In this document: positions 56,090 to 64,000 of the stretch, in pieces
Position numbering within the stretch: the stretch's first letter is position 1
Layout: the number at the start of each line of letters is the position of its first letter
From: Abditibacteriaceae bacterium
Lineage (GTDB): Bacteria > Armatimonadota > Abditibacteriia > Abditibacteriales > Abditibacteriaceae
Direction: 5' to 3'
NCBI GenBank assembly: GCA_965277285.1
Contig: OZ255721.1
Span: 3,296,001 to 3,360,000, forward strand
Length of the DNA stretch: 64,000 bases
Translations under genes and position numbers: made by a program
Notes under the pieces: generated by a model
What the model was told of the DNA's origin: nothing
Seen by the model: the letters and a program-made list of their open reading frames with translations, nothing else
The model's database searches: none

Positions 56090-58273
56090 ATGAAGCCGCT
56101 CTCAATTTCGCCTTGTCGAGTACTCGAACGAGAAGACTCGCGTTTGCGGAGGAACGTTTTGAAACTCCAGAAACTCCCCAATTTTCACATTCATAAAACA
56201 TCGCGCGCGCCGCTGTTATCGCTTCCCTTTTTGATAATCGCACCCATTCTTATCGCGCCGGTTCTGACAAAAGCCGCTCATGCGCAAGACACCGTTTCTA
56301 ACGCGACAACTGATGTGCCAAACGGCGCGACCTCGCTTGTAGTCGATGACTTTGAAAATGGTGTCGACAATTGGACGCGCAACGACAAAGTTCATTCGGA
56401 TAACGAAACTGTTCCGGCTTCGCTGGTTGACATCGTGGCGACGCGACCTCCCGCAGGTTTGCCGTTCACTTCGCGCGGCGCGGCCTTGTTCAGCTTCAAA
56501 AGTGGGAAAACGTCGTGGGCTTCGGCGTCGCGGCGCGTGGATGGCGCAAGCTGGGCGAAAATCGGTGCGCAAACCCTCACCTTCTGGCTCAATGCCGATG
56601 GCGCGCCACAAGGCACGTCTTTGGTGTTGCGCGCGGCGGTTTCCAACGCGGACGGCAGCAAGCGCGAAGAGATTTGGACATTGCCGGTTCGACTGAATGT
56701 CAAGCAGTGGCGCCAGGTCACGATTCCGCTTAAAGATGTGCGCAACGAGGCGGGCGTGCCGTTGTTGTCGCAATTGTCGAAGGTTTACTTGATGCAATTC
56801 GTGCAACGTGGGACGTGGGAATCGCGCTTTTTTACAATCGATCAAATTGAAATCGAAGGCAATGGAAAGCCGTTGCCAGTTGCGGTTGCGACAAACGCGG
56901 TTGCGACAACTTCGGCCACGCCGTCCAACACGACATCGAGTACTCGAACGCCGCAAACTGTGGCGCCGGGAACGTTGCAAGTCGGCGTTGATTTTCTGAA
57001 ATTGCAAGGCCGCATCACGACCAGCGCCGATGTGAGTTTGGGTGCGGCTTCGGATGACACAGGCGGCGCAGCGCAATATCCATTGCTGACGAGCAAGCCT
57101 TTTCGTGACGCGATGACAGTTTTAGGGCCGCGCTTGATTCGCCTGGATGCCGCTTCGCTCGTCACGATGACCGATTCGTCAAGACCTGGCTTTGATTTTT
57201 CGCGCTTGGTCGCCAACGTCAAGCAAGTGCGCGCCCTGGGCGCCGAACCTTTGGTGGCCTTGAGCAACGATGCGGCGTGGGGTTTGGATGCGCGCGGTTT
57301 CGCCAGCTTTTGCGCTCAGGCGGCGCGCGCCGTGAACGTCGGTGCCGCAGCCAATGGCGGTGCACGACGTTTTGAAATCGTGCCGCCTTCGAGTACCAGC
57401 GCCGATGGTGCCATCATCTCGCCATCCGCGACGATGAGCGATGCCGAAGTCGTAACACTTTATAACAGCGCGCGCGCCGCTATCAAAGCAGTTTCGCCAG
57501 CTTTTCGCGTCGGCGGCGTGGCGGCTTCGGGAACGCGCGCGAGCGTGGTTCCCGCTCTTATTAAAGGCGCGCAAGGTTTGGATTTTCTGACTTTGCAGTT
57601 TTACGGCGCCAACAACGGCAAGCCGGAGGCGAATGTTTTGTTCGGCGCGACGCGCAATTTGAATTCTTTGCGCGCGGCGGCTTCGTTGCTGGATAAATCG
57701 CGTTTCAACGCGGCGCCGATTTATGTCACGCAAAGCAACCTGAGCAACGCGCGTGATTTGGATGCGGGCACGTCGGGCGACGAACGTGTGACGCAAATGG
57801 TTTCGGGCGCCTGGTGGCTGTCGTTTCTGGGCAACAGTTCGCGCGTGGCGGACGCCGTTTTTCACAACGACGCGACCAACGCCGGTTGGGGTTTGCTCAA
57901 TCCGCAGGCACGCGCTTATCCGGCGTATTACGCGATGTGGATGTGGAACACGTATGCGCCGCGCGGCAGCAATCGAGTACTCGTTACTGCTCCCGCGTCG
58001 GGCGTCGCTGCTTTTGCTGTCAATGCGCCGGTTGTCGCCGGTCAGCCTCGCTTGCACAACGTTTTGCTGGCCAACACGCGCGGTGAAAATACCACAGTTC
58101 GCGTTGCGATTCGCGGCTTCGCGGTTTTGCGCGCCGCACAAATGCAGGTTCTGGACAACCCCGAAGCGGGCGTGCGCACCGATGTCGCGCTCCCTAAAAG
58201 CGCCTTCCAAACCGTAACTTTGAAGCCTTACGCTGTCGCAGTAGTGCAGTTCATCGAACCGCCGAGGAAGTAA
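56090..58273 (+). CDS. Secreted protein with CBM-like N-terminal domain and degenerate GH39-like barrel
   Basis: Hydrophobic segment ending AHA-Q; VVDDFE...LTFWL...WRQVTIPL...TIDQIE; then QVGVDF...AIKAVSPAFRVGG...LDFLTL...WGLL; start uncertain. Confidence 0.6.
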   Translation: MKPLSISPCRVLEREDSRLRRNVLKLQKLPNFHIHKTSRAPLLSLPFLIIAPILIAPVLTKAAHAQDTVSNATTDVPNGATSLVVDDFENGVDNWTRNDKVHSDNETVPASLVDIVATRPPAGLPFTSRGAALFSFKSGKTSWASASRRVDGASWAKIGAQTLTFWLNADGAPQGTSLVLRAAVSNADGSKREEIWTLPVRLNVKQWRQVTIPLKDVRNEAGVPLLSQLSKVYLMQFVQRGTWESRFFTIDQIEIEGNGKPLPVAVATNAVATTSATPSNTTSSTRTPQTVAPGTLQVGVDFLKLQGRITTSADVSLGAASDDTGGAAQYPLLTSKPFRDAMTVLGPRLIRLDAASLVTMTDSSRPGFDFSRLVANVKQVRALGAEPLVALSNDAAWGLDARGFASFCAQAARAVNVGAAANGGARRFEIVPPSSTSADGAIISPSATMSDAEVVTLYNSARAAIKAVSPAFRVGGVAASGTRASVVPALIKGAQGLDFLTLQFYGANNGKPEANVLFGATRNLNSLRAAASLLDKSRFNAAPIYVTQSNLSNARDLDAGTSGDERVTQMVSGAWWLSFLGNSSRVADAVFHNDATNAGWGLLNPQARAYPAYYAMWMWNTYAPRGSNRVLVTAPASGVAAFAVNAPVVAGQPRLHNVLLANTRGENTTVRVAIRGFAVLRAAQMQVLDNPEAGVRTDVALPKSAFQTVTLKPYAVAVVQFIEPPRK

Positions 58274-58329
58274 CGCGCGGAAATTATTTAGACGAGTGTT
58301 GAGCCGAAAAATAACTGAATCTGGACGCT

Positions 58330-58839
58330 ATGGAGGTGCAAATGTCGCCTAGTGGATTTGGTACCGTCTACTTCACGAGTGCATCGCCAACATACGTATT
58401 TCACATTGTTCTCAAAGCATTTGCCGATAGATGGCCTTCGATGAGGATACGGATTGACCCTTCAGATAAAGAGTTCACAGCGCCATTCTTGCCAACACCA
58501 GATGATCTTAAAGGAGATCTCATTCAGTGTTTTTTGATGCGCGACAAGGAAATGCAGAAACACACCGATCGAACAGGTGGAACCGCGATGAAGGATGGTG
58601 AAGGACCAATCCAACTTCTCCATTCAATTCATGTGCGAGAACCTCTTTTGGTGACGACAAAAGGCTATCCACACTTAGATGGCGCGCAATCTGACTTCTA
58701 TGAAGCGATGGTTTGCTGTCCTACGGTATCAATGATCACTGTCGTTACGCCCGATGATCCGCGGACTAATAGTTTCTCGGCATGGGCCTGCGATTTAGTT
58801 ATGAATGCTTGCTTGAACAGCCAAAACGGGCAGCGATAA
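58330..58839 (+). CDS. Hypothetical protein (AT-richer)
   Basis: 169-aa ORF ending 2 nt before the macrodomain gene; no family recognised. Confidence 0.55.
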   Translation: MEVQMSPSGFGTVYFTSASPTYVFHIVLKAFADRWPSMRIRIDPSDKEFTAPFLPTPDDLKGDLIQCFLMRDKEMQKHTDRTGGTAMKDGEGPIQLLHSIHVREPLLVTTKGYPHLDGAQSDFYEAMVCCPTVSMITVVTPDDPRTNSFSAWACDLVMNACLNSQNGQR

Positions 58840-58841
58840 TC

Positions 58842-59477
58842 ATGAAAATCATTCTCACAGGCGTTGAGCCGGAATTAGTCGAGGCGTGGCAGCGCTTCTG
58901 CGGCGATTTGGAAGATGTTACGGTTTATCACGGCTCGATTTTCGATGTTCATTGCGACGCTGTGGTCAGTCCGGCCAACAGTTTTGGTTTTATGGACGGC
59001 GGCATTGATCTGCTTTACAGCCGTCGCTTCGGCTGGCAGGTGCAAGAGCGTTTGCAGGAATTGATTCGCACCGTTTATCACGGCGAACTGTTGGTCGGCG
59101 TCGCGGAAATTGTCGAAACCGATGCGCCGATTCCGTTCTTGATTGCAGCGCCAACGATGCGCGTGCCGATGATTTTGCGCGATTCAGCCAATCCGTATTT
59201 GGCGGCACGCGCCGCCTTGACGTTGGTGAAACATGGCGTTTTTCGTGCGGGTTTTCACAAAGGCACGCCAATTAGCGAAGTCGTCCACAGTGTGGCGTTT
59301 CCAGGTTTGGGAACTGGCGTCGGGCAAGTCGGTCCTGATGTTTGCGCTCACCAAATGCGCACGGCGATTGAAGATGTCGTGTTGGAAAAACGACCTTTCC
59401 CTGAAAATTGGGCGGTGGCTCAAGCGCGCCATCAAAAACTTTATACAGATCGCATCCGCGATTTACAGCGTGGTTGA
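58842..59477 (+). CDS. Macro domain (Appr-1''-p processing / ADP-ribose-binding) protein
   Basis: GSIF...DAVVSPANSFGFMDGGID, APTMRVP and FPGLGTGVG. Confidence 0.88.
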   Translation: MKIILTGVEPELVEAWQRFCGDLEDVTVYHGSIFDVHCDAVVSPANSFGFMDGGIDLLYSRRFGWQVQERLQELIRTVYHGELLVGVAEIVETDAPIPFLIAAPTMRVPMILRDSANPYLAARAALTLVKHGVFRAGFHKGTPISEVVHSVAFPGLGTGVGQVGPDVCAHQMRTAIEDVVLEKRPFPENWAVAQARHQKLYTDRIRDLQRG

Positions 59478-59486
59478 AACACGAAA

Positions 59487-59516
59487 GCAATATTATCGAG
59501 TACTCGATAATATTGC
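59487..59516. repeat. 30-bp perfect palindrome centred on TCGAGTACTCGA between convergent genes
   Basis: gcaatattatcgagt|actcgataatattgc. Confidence 0.85.
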
Positions 59517-59569
59517 CGCTTGCACTTTCATGTGTTATTTGATCACGCTGTTTAATTAAACTTTGTGCT

Positions 59570-60436
59570 TCACAAAGTTTTGTACCAATCTGGATCGACA
59601 CTGACTTCTTCAACAACTTGGGTGGTAATCCCAAGTCCCAGCTCCTTTAACTTATCCGCGAGTTGATCTCCATCTACTAAATCAATCGGTGGCGCACCAT
59701 CACGGATAGCCTCTTTTATGGCGTCTCTCGTAAATGTGCCAGTGGTAACAAATAACCCTTTATCTGCACGGCCAACCATAGCGCCTCTAAAATCGCGTAT
59801 ATCACTGGATGAAACTGAGCCTTGATATTTTTTGCACTGAAAAATGACATGGAAGCTCAATAGTCCATTGATGCGGGCAATGCCTTTTCCATCAATACCA
59901 CCATCACCACTTCGACCCGTCACCTCGACCTGTACAAAGCCGGATTCGCGGAGTAATCGTTTTACAAGACGTTCAAAGGCAGCAGAATCAATTTCCTGCG
60001 TTAAAATATAATGGAGTTGCTCGCGCCAAGTACGCACTTCTTCTGGCAATTCTTCGTCATTAACACTGCTATTTATTTCTTTTGACTTCCGATTAGGCCT
60101 GTCTTTCCTGTCCATTTCGCGGACAGCGCGAACAACTTCTCGATGGTCGACCTTTTCGAGATACCTTTTATCAGGCGCAATTGCCCATACGCCACGACTC
60201 GAGTTTTCTAAAACGCCATATTTCTTTAAATAAGTGCGCGCCCAAGCAAGCCGATATTCAACTTCAGTCTGATTGCTCTTATCAGGGTTGTGTGGAACGT
60301 TCAAAATCGCTTCGGGAAATTTCAAATTCTCTGTGACTTTCTCGTAAATTTCTTCAATTGAGCCAGAGCCGCCGAGTTGTTTGAGTGCCTGAAATAAAGG
60401 ATTGATAAGAAGGTCATATTGTGGAACTTGATTCAT
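59570..60436 (-). CDS. mrr: Mrr family restriction endonuclease (Mrr_N + Mrr_cat)
   Basis: PLFQALKQLGGS, RLAWARTYLKK...RGVW, FERLV, SGDGGIDG, QCKKY, FVTTGTFT and IDLVDG. Confidence 0.88.
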   Translation of the reverse strand: MNQVPQYDLLINPLFQALKQLGGSGSIEEIYEKVTENLKFPEAILNVPHNPDKSNQTEVEYRLAWARTYLKKYGVLENSSRGVWAIAPDKRYLEKVDHREVVRAVREMDRKDRPNRKSKEINSSVNDEELPEEVRTWREQLHYILTQEIDSAAFERLVKRLLRESGFVQVEVTGRSGDGGIDGKGIARINGLLSFHVIFQCKKYQGSVSSSDIRDFRGAMVGRADKGLFVTTGTFTRDAIKEAIRDGAPPIDLVDGDQLADKLKELGLGITTQVVEEVSVDPDWYKTL

Positions 60437-60672
60437 GCTGTTTATTGTGCCAGATTGCCAAAGAGTAATCGAGGGTGCTGGTATAAACCACAGCGCAACG
60501 ATGTTAGAGGACGTTAGCCCTTTCATCTCGGCAAACTCAAAACGACTACTGCTTTTTAGTTTTTCCTATCTTAGGATTTCCATGCAACTTTTATCGAGTA
60601 CTCAATAAAGCGGAAAACCTTTGATTATACAGCGTATTGGCCGCTTGTGTTAAAATTGCACAAAGGCACTTC

Positions 60673-63600
60673 ATGAAAATCGAACCGTTGGTTGATGAAA
60701 TCGAGACATACGCTCAGGACATCGTGGATACGGTGCGCGAGCCGCTTTTGATGCTGGACACGACGTTACGCGTGCGCAGCGCCAACCGCGCGTTTTATCA
60801 AACCTTCCAGGTTTCGCCCGATGAAACCGAAAACCAACTCATCTACGAACTGGGCAACGGTCAATGGGACATTCCCGATTTGCGCACGCTCTTGGAAGAT
60901 GTCGTCCCCAAAAGTTCGGTTTTCAACGATTTCGAGCTGGAACACACCTTTCCCGTCATCGGGCGCCGCGTGATGTTGCTCAATGCGCGCAAGTTGCGTG
61001 CGGGCAGTCACGCCGAATTGCTGGTGCTGGCGATGGAAGACGTGACTGAGCGGCGCCGTTCGGAAGACGATCTCAAAGCCATCGAAACCTACGCGCAGAA
61101 CATCGTCGATACGGTGCGCGAACCTCTGCTCATTCTCGATACGACGTTGCGCGTGCGCAGTGGCAATCGCGCGTTTTATCAGGCGTTCCAGGTTTCGTCC
61201 GAGGAAACCGAAAACCGCCTGATTTATGAACTGGGAAATGGTCAATGGGACATTCCCGATTTGCGCACGTTGCTGGAAGACATTGTGCCCAAGAGTTCGG
61301 TGTTTAACGATTTTGAGTTGGAGCATGACTTTCCCGTGATCGGGCGGCGCGTCATGGTGCTCAACGCGCGCAAGCTGCAAGCGGGACATCATGGCGAACT
61401 TCTCGTACTCGCTATGGAAGACGTGACCGAGCGGCGTCGCGCCGAAGAAGCCTTGTTGCAGGCGGGCGCGTTGCAAAGCGCGATCTTCAACAGCGCCAAC
61501 TTTTCCAGCATTGCGACCGACGCTAAAGGCGTGATCCAGATTTTCAACGTCGGCGCGGAACGAATGCTGGGCTACACCGCAGCCGAAGTGATGAACAAAA
61601 TCACGCCCGCCGATATTTCCGATCCTCAGGAAGTCATCGCGCGCGCCGCTTCGTTGAGTACAGAATTGGCGACGCCGATTACGCCAGGCTTTGAAGCCCT
61701 CGTTTTCAAGGCGGCGCGCGGCATCGAAGACATTTATGAACTGACTTACATCCGCAAAGACGGCAGTCGTTTTCCGGCTGTGGTTTCGGTTACGGCTTTG
61801 CGCGACGCGGAAAATGCCATCATCGGCTACTTGCTGATTGGAACCGACAACACGGCGCGCAAGCAGGTCGAAGAAGAGCAGAAGAAGCTCGATCAACGCT
61901 TGCGCGATCAGCAGTTTTATACGCGTTCGCTCATCGAATCGAACATCGACGCGCTGATGACGACTGATCCGCGAGGCATCATTACCGACGTGAATAAACA
62001 AATGGAAGCCTTGACCGGTTGCACGCGCGATGAACTGATCGGCGCGCCATTCAAGAATTACTTTACCGATGCCGAACGCGCCGAAGCGGGCATCAAGCTG
62101 GTGCTAAACGAAAAGAAACTGACCGATTATGAATTGACGGTGCGCGCGCGCGATGGAAAAGAAACCGTTGTTTCCTACAATGCGACGACGTTTTACGACC
62201 GCGACCGGCAGTTGCAGGGCGTCTTTGCAGCCGCGCGCGACGTGACGGCGCAAAAGCAGGCGTCGCAGTATGCGCGCTCGCTGCTCGAAGCCTCGCCCGA
62301 TCCTCTGGTCACGATCAGTGCGCAGGGCAAAATCACCGATGTCAACGAGGCTTCGGTGCAGGCGACGGGCGTGGCGCGCGAGCAACTGATCGGCACCGAT
62401 TTTTCCGATTATTTCACGGCGCCCGATGAAGCGCGCGCCGGTTATCAAAAAGTGTTCTCGGAAGGTTTTGTGCGTGATTATCCTCTGGCGATTCGCCATA
62501 CGACGGGACGCGTGACCGATGTGCTGTATAACGCCAGCGTTTACAAAGACGACAAAGGCAACGTACTGGGCGTTTTTGCGGCGGCGCGCGATGTGACCGA
62601 GCGCAAGCGTTTCGAGCAATCGCTGCAGGAAAATAATATCGAACTGGAAAGCGCCATTGCCAGCGGCGCCAAAGCCAAGGAAGCCGCGGAAACCGCCAAC
62701 AAAACCAAGAGTTTGTTTCTGGCCAACATGAGCCACGAACTGCGCACGCCGCTTAATGCGATTCTGGGTTATTCTGAAATGCTGCACGAAGAATGCGAAG
62801 AGCGACATTTGGATGATTTCGGCGCTGATCTGGAAAAAATCAGCGCGGCGGGCAAGCATTTGTTGGCGCTTATCAACGATATTTTGGATTTGTCTAAAAT
62901 CGAAGCCGGCAAAATGGAATTGTTTTTGGAAAGTTTCGATTTGACCGCGATGATTGATGAAGTCGCCTCCACGATTCGACCTCTGGTGGAGCGAAATGCC
63001 AACGTTTTGCACATCGAACGAGCGCCAAATTTGGGAATGATGCACGCCGATCAAATCAAGGTGCGACAGGGTTTGTTTAACTTGTTGTCGAACGCCGCCA
63101 AGTTCACGCAAGACGGCAGCATCACGCTGAACGCTGAACGCCAGACAATGAATGGCCGCGAATGGATCGTCTTTCGCGTGACCGATACCGGCATTGGCCT
63201 CAGCCCCGAACAAATCGTCAAGCTGTTTCAAGATTTTACGCAGGCCGATGCTTCGACGACGCGCAAGTTTGGCGGCACGGGCTTGGGATTGGCTTTGACG
63301 CGCCGCTTCAGCCAAATGATGGGCGGCGATGTGACGGTTCACAGCGTGCCAAATGAAGGCAGCGTTTTCACTATCAAAATGCCCGCTGTCGCCAGCGATG
63401 CGAAACCTGACGAAGCCATATCGAGTACTCGAATTGAAACCGCATTGCCCGAAGACATCGCGCAAGACGGCTGCATTTTGGTGATTGATGACGATGTGAC
63501 GCAACGCGATTTGATGCAGCGTTTTCTGAACAAGGAAGGCTTTTGTGCGCGCACGGCGAGCGGCGGCGAAGAAGGCTTGCGCTTGGCGCGTCAGCTGCGT

Positions 63601-64000
63601 CCCGTGGCGATTACTTTGGACGTGATGATGCCCGATATGGACGGCTGGAGCGTGCTTTCCGCCCTGAAAGCCGACGAGACTTTGCGCGATATTCCGGTCA
63701 TCATGCTGACCATGGTGGACGATCCCGACCGCGGTTTTACGTTGGGCGCGGCGGAATATGCGACCAAGCCGATTGACCGCCAGCGATTAACGCAGATCCT
63801 CAAAAAGTACACCTGCGCCAATCCGCCGTGTCCCGTTTTGTTGGTGGAAGACGATGCGGCGACGCGCGCTATTACGCGCCACATTCTGGAAAAAGAAGGC
63901 TGGAAAGTCAGCGAAGCCGAAAATGGGCGCATCGCCTTGGAATGCATGGAGCGCGAGCGCCCGAGCCTCATTTTGCTCGATTTGATGATGCCCGAAATGG
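60673..64000 (+). CDS. Multi-PAS hybrid sensor histidine kinase (5 PAS, HisKA, HATPase, at least 2 REC); 3' end outside window
   Basis: Not in the ORF track because it has no stop. Read from ATG 60673: MKIEPLVDEIETYAQDIVDTVREPLL..., FLANMSHELRTPLN, NLLSNAAKFT, DTGIG, GGTGLGL, LVIDDD...LDVMMP and LLVEDD...LDLMMP, in one frame at the points checked. Confidence 0.92.
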   Translation, partial: MKIEPLVDEIETYAQDIVDTVREPLLMLDTTLRVRSANRAFYQTFQVSPDETENQLIYELGNGQWDIPDLRTLLEDVVPKSSVFNDFELEHTFPVIGRRVMLLNARKLRAGSHAELLVLAMEDVTERRRSEDDLKAIETYAQNIVDTVREPLLILDTTLRVRSGNRAFYQAFQVSSEETENRLIYELGNGQWDIPDLRTLLEDIVPKSSVFNDFELEHDFPVIGRRVMVLNARKLQAGHHGELLVLAMEDVTERRRAEEALLQAGALQSAIFNSANFSSIATDAKGVIQIFNVGAERMLGYTAAEVMNKITPADISDPQEVIARAASLSTELATPITPGFEALVFKAARGIEDIYELTYIRKDGSRFPAVVSVTALRDAENAIIGYLLIGTDNTARKQVEEEQKKLDQRLRDQQFYTRSLIESNIDALMTTDPRGIITDVNKQMEALTGCTRDELIGAPFKNYFTDAERAEAGIKLVLNEKKLTDYELTVRARDGKETVVSYNATTFYDRDRQLQGVFAAARDVTAQKQASQYARSLLEASPDPLVTISAQGKITDVNEASVQATGVAREQLIGTDFSDYFTAPDEARAGYQKVFSEGFVRDYPLAIRHTTGRVTDVLYNASVYKDDKGNVLGVFAAARDVTERKRFEQSLQENNIELESAIASGAKAKEAAETANKTKSLFLANMSHELRTPLNAILGYSEMLHEECEERHLDDFGADLEKISAAGKHLLALINDILDLSKIEAGKMELFLESFDLTAMIDEVASTIRPLVERNANVLHIERAPNLGMMHADQIKVRQGLFNLLSNAAKFTQDGSITLNAERQTMNGREWIVFRVTDTGIGLSPEQIVKLFQDFTQADASTTRKFGGTGLGLALTRRFSQMMGGDVTVHSVPNEGSVFTIKMPAVASDAKPDEAISSTRIETALPEDIAQDGCILVIDDDVTQRDLMQRFLNKEGFCARTASGGEEGLRLARQLRPVAITLDVMMPDMDGWSVLSALKADETLRDIPVIMLTMVDDPDRGFTLGAAEYATKPIDRQRLTQILKKYTCANPPCPVLLVEDDAATRAITRHILEKEGWKVSEAENGRIALECMERERPSLILLDLMMPEM

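Larger units (their letters stand above)
2447..63432. repeat. Dispersed highly iterated 12-bp palindrome TCGAGTACTCGA (51 perfect copies; span is first to last copy)
   Basis: Perfect copies start at 2447, 5084, 5682, 6881, 7884, 8138, 9631, 10073, 11013, 11406, 12836, 14036, 14765, 16197, 17639, 18566, 19128, 20189, 20365, 21339, 21648, 23627, 24668, 25034, 25697, 27073, 28346, 29352, 30832, 31496, 33239, 34071, 34855, 35200, 36304, 37418, 38558, 40549, 41491, 43282, 43859, 46189, 46657, 47857, 50110, 52394, 53110, 56116, 56936, 59496, 63421 (manual count). Confidence 0.97.

Noticed and set aside
58330..59477. DarTG toxin-antitoxin pair
   Set aside because: The upstream ORF shows no recognisable DarT ADP-ribosyltransferase motifs and the macrodomain lacks a DarG-like C-terminal extension
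2447..63432. The 12-mer as a cloning, linker or assembly artefact
   Set aside because: Copies sit in frame inside intact conserved motifs (e.g. helicase TPGRVLD), gene order across them is coherent, and degenerate and extended variants exist; a check against raw reads is still advisable
60766..63504. Minus-strand ORFs of 411 and 466 aa
   Set aside because: Shadows of the plus-strand hybrid kinase, which carries all the canonical motifs

Overview
Bacterial chromosomal window of moderately high GC. The lineage cannot be proven from the sequence; the gene set and Zn-ribbon RpoN suggest an Armatimonadota/Abditibacteriota-like organism (inference). It holds a split complex I locus (nuoLMN+ruvA on +, converging on nuoCDEFGHI on -, with accessory genes interleaved), a DeaD-type helicase, a ThyX-like gene, glcF, a suf operon, a sigma-54 module (rpoN, kinase, NtrC-type activator, -24/-12 promoter, receiver), glycoside-hydrolase-like proteins, a GspE/PilB ATPase, an IS5-family element interrupting a foreign gene, a macrodomain/Mrr islet and a multi-PAS hybrid kinase running off the right end. 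The dominant unexplained signal is the 12-bp palindrome TCGAGTACTCGA. I counted 51 perfect copies by eye (about 0.004 expected by chance) plus 11 one-mismatch copies. It occurs in intergenic spacers and in all three reading frames of conserved genes, borders accessory genes inserted into the nuo and suf operons, and is absent from the interiors of AT-richer foreign-looking genes. It resembles a HIP1/DUS-type iterated palindrome that I do not recognise as described. At least five families of REP/MITE-like intergenic palindromes are also present. No rRNA, tRNA or CRISPR array was seen.
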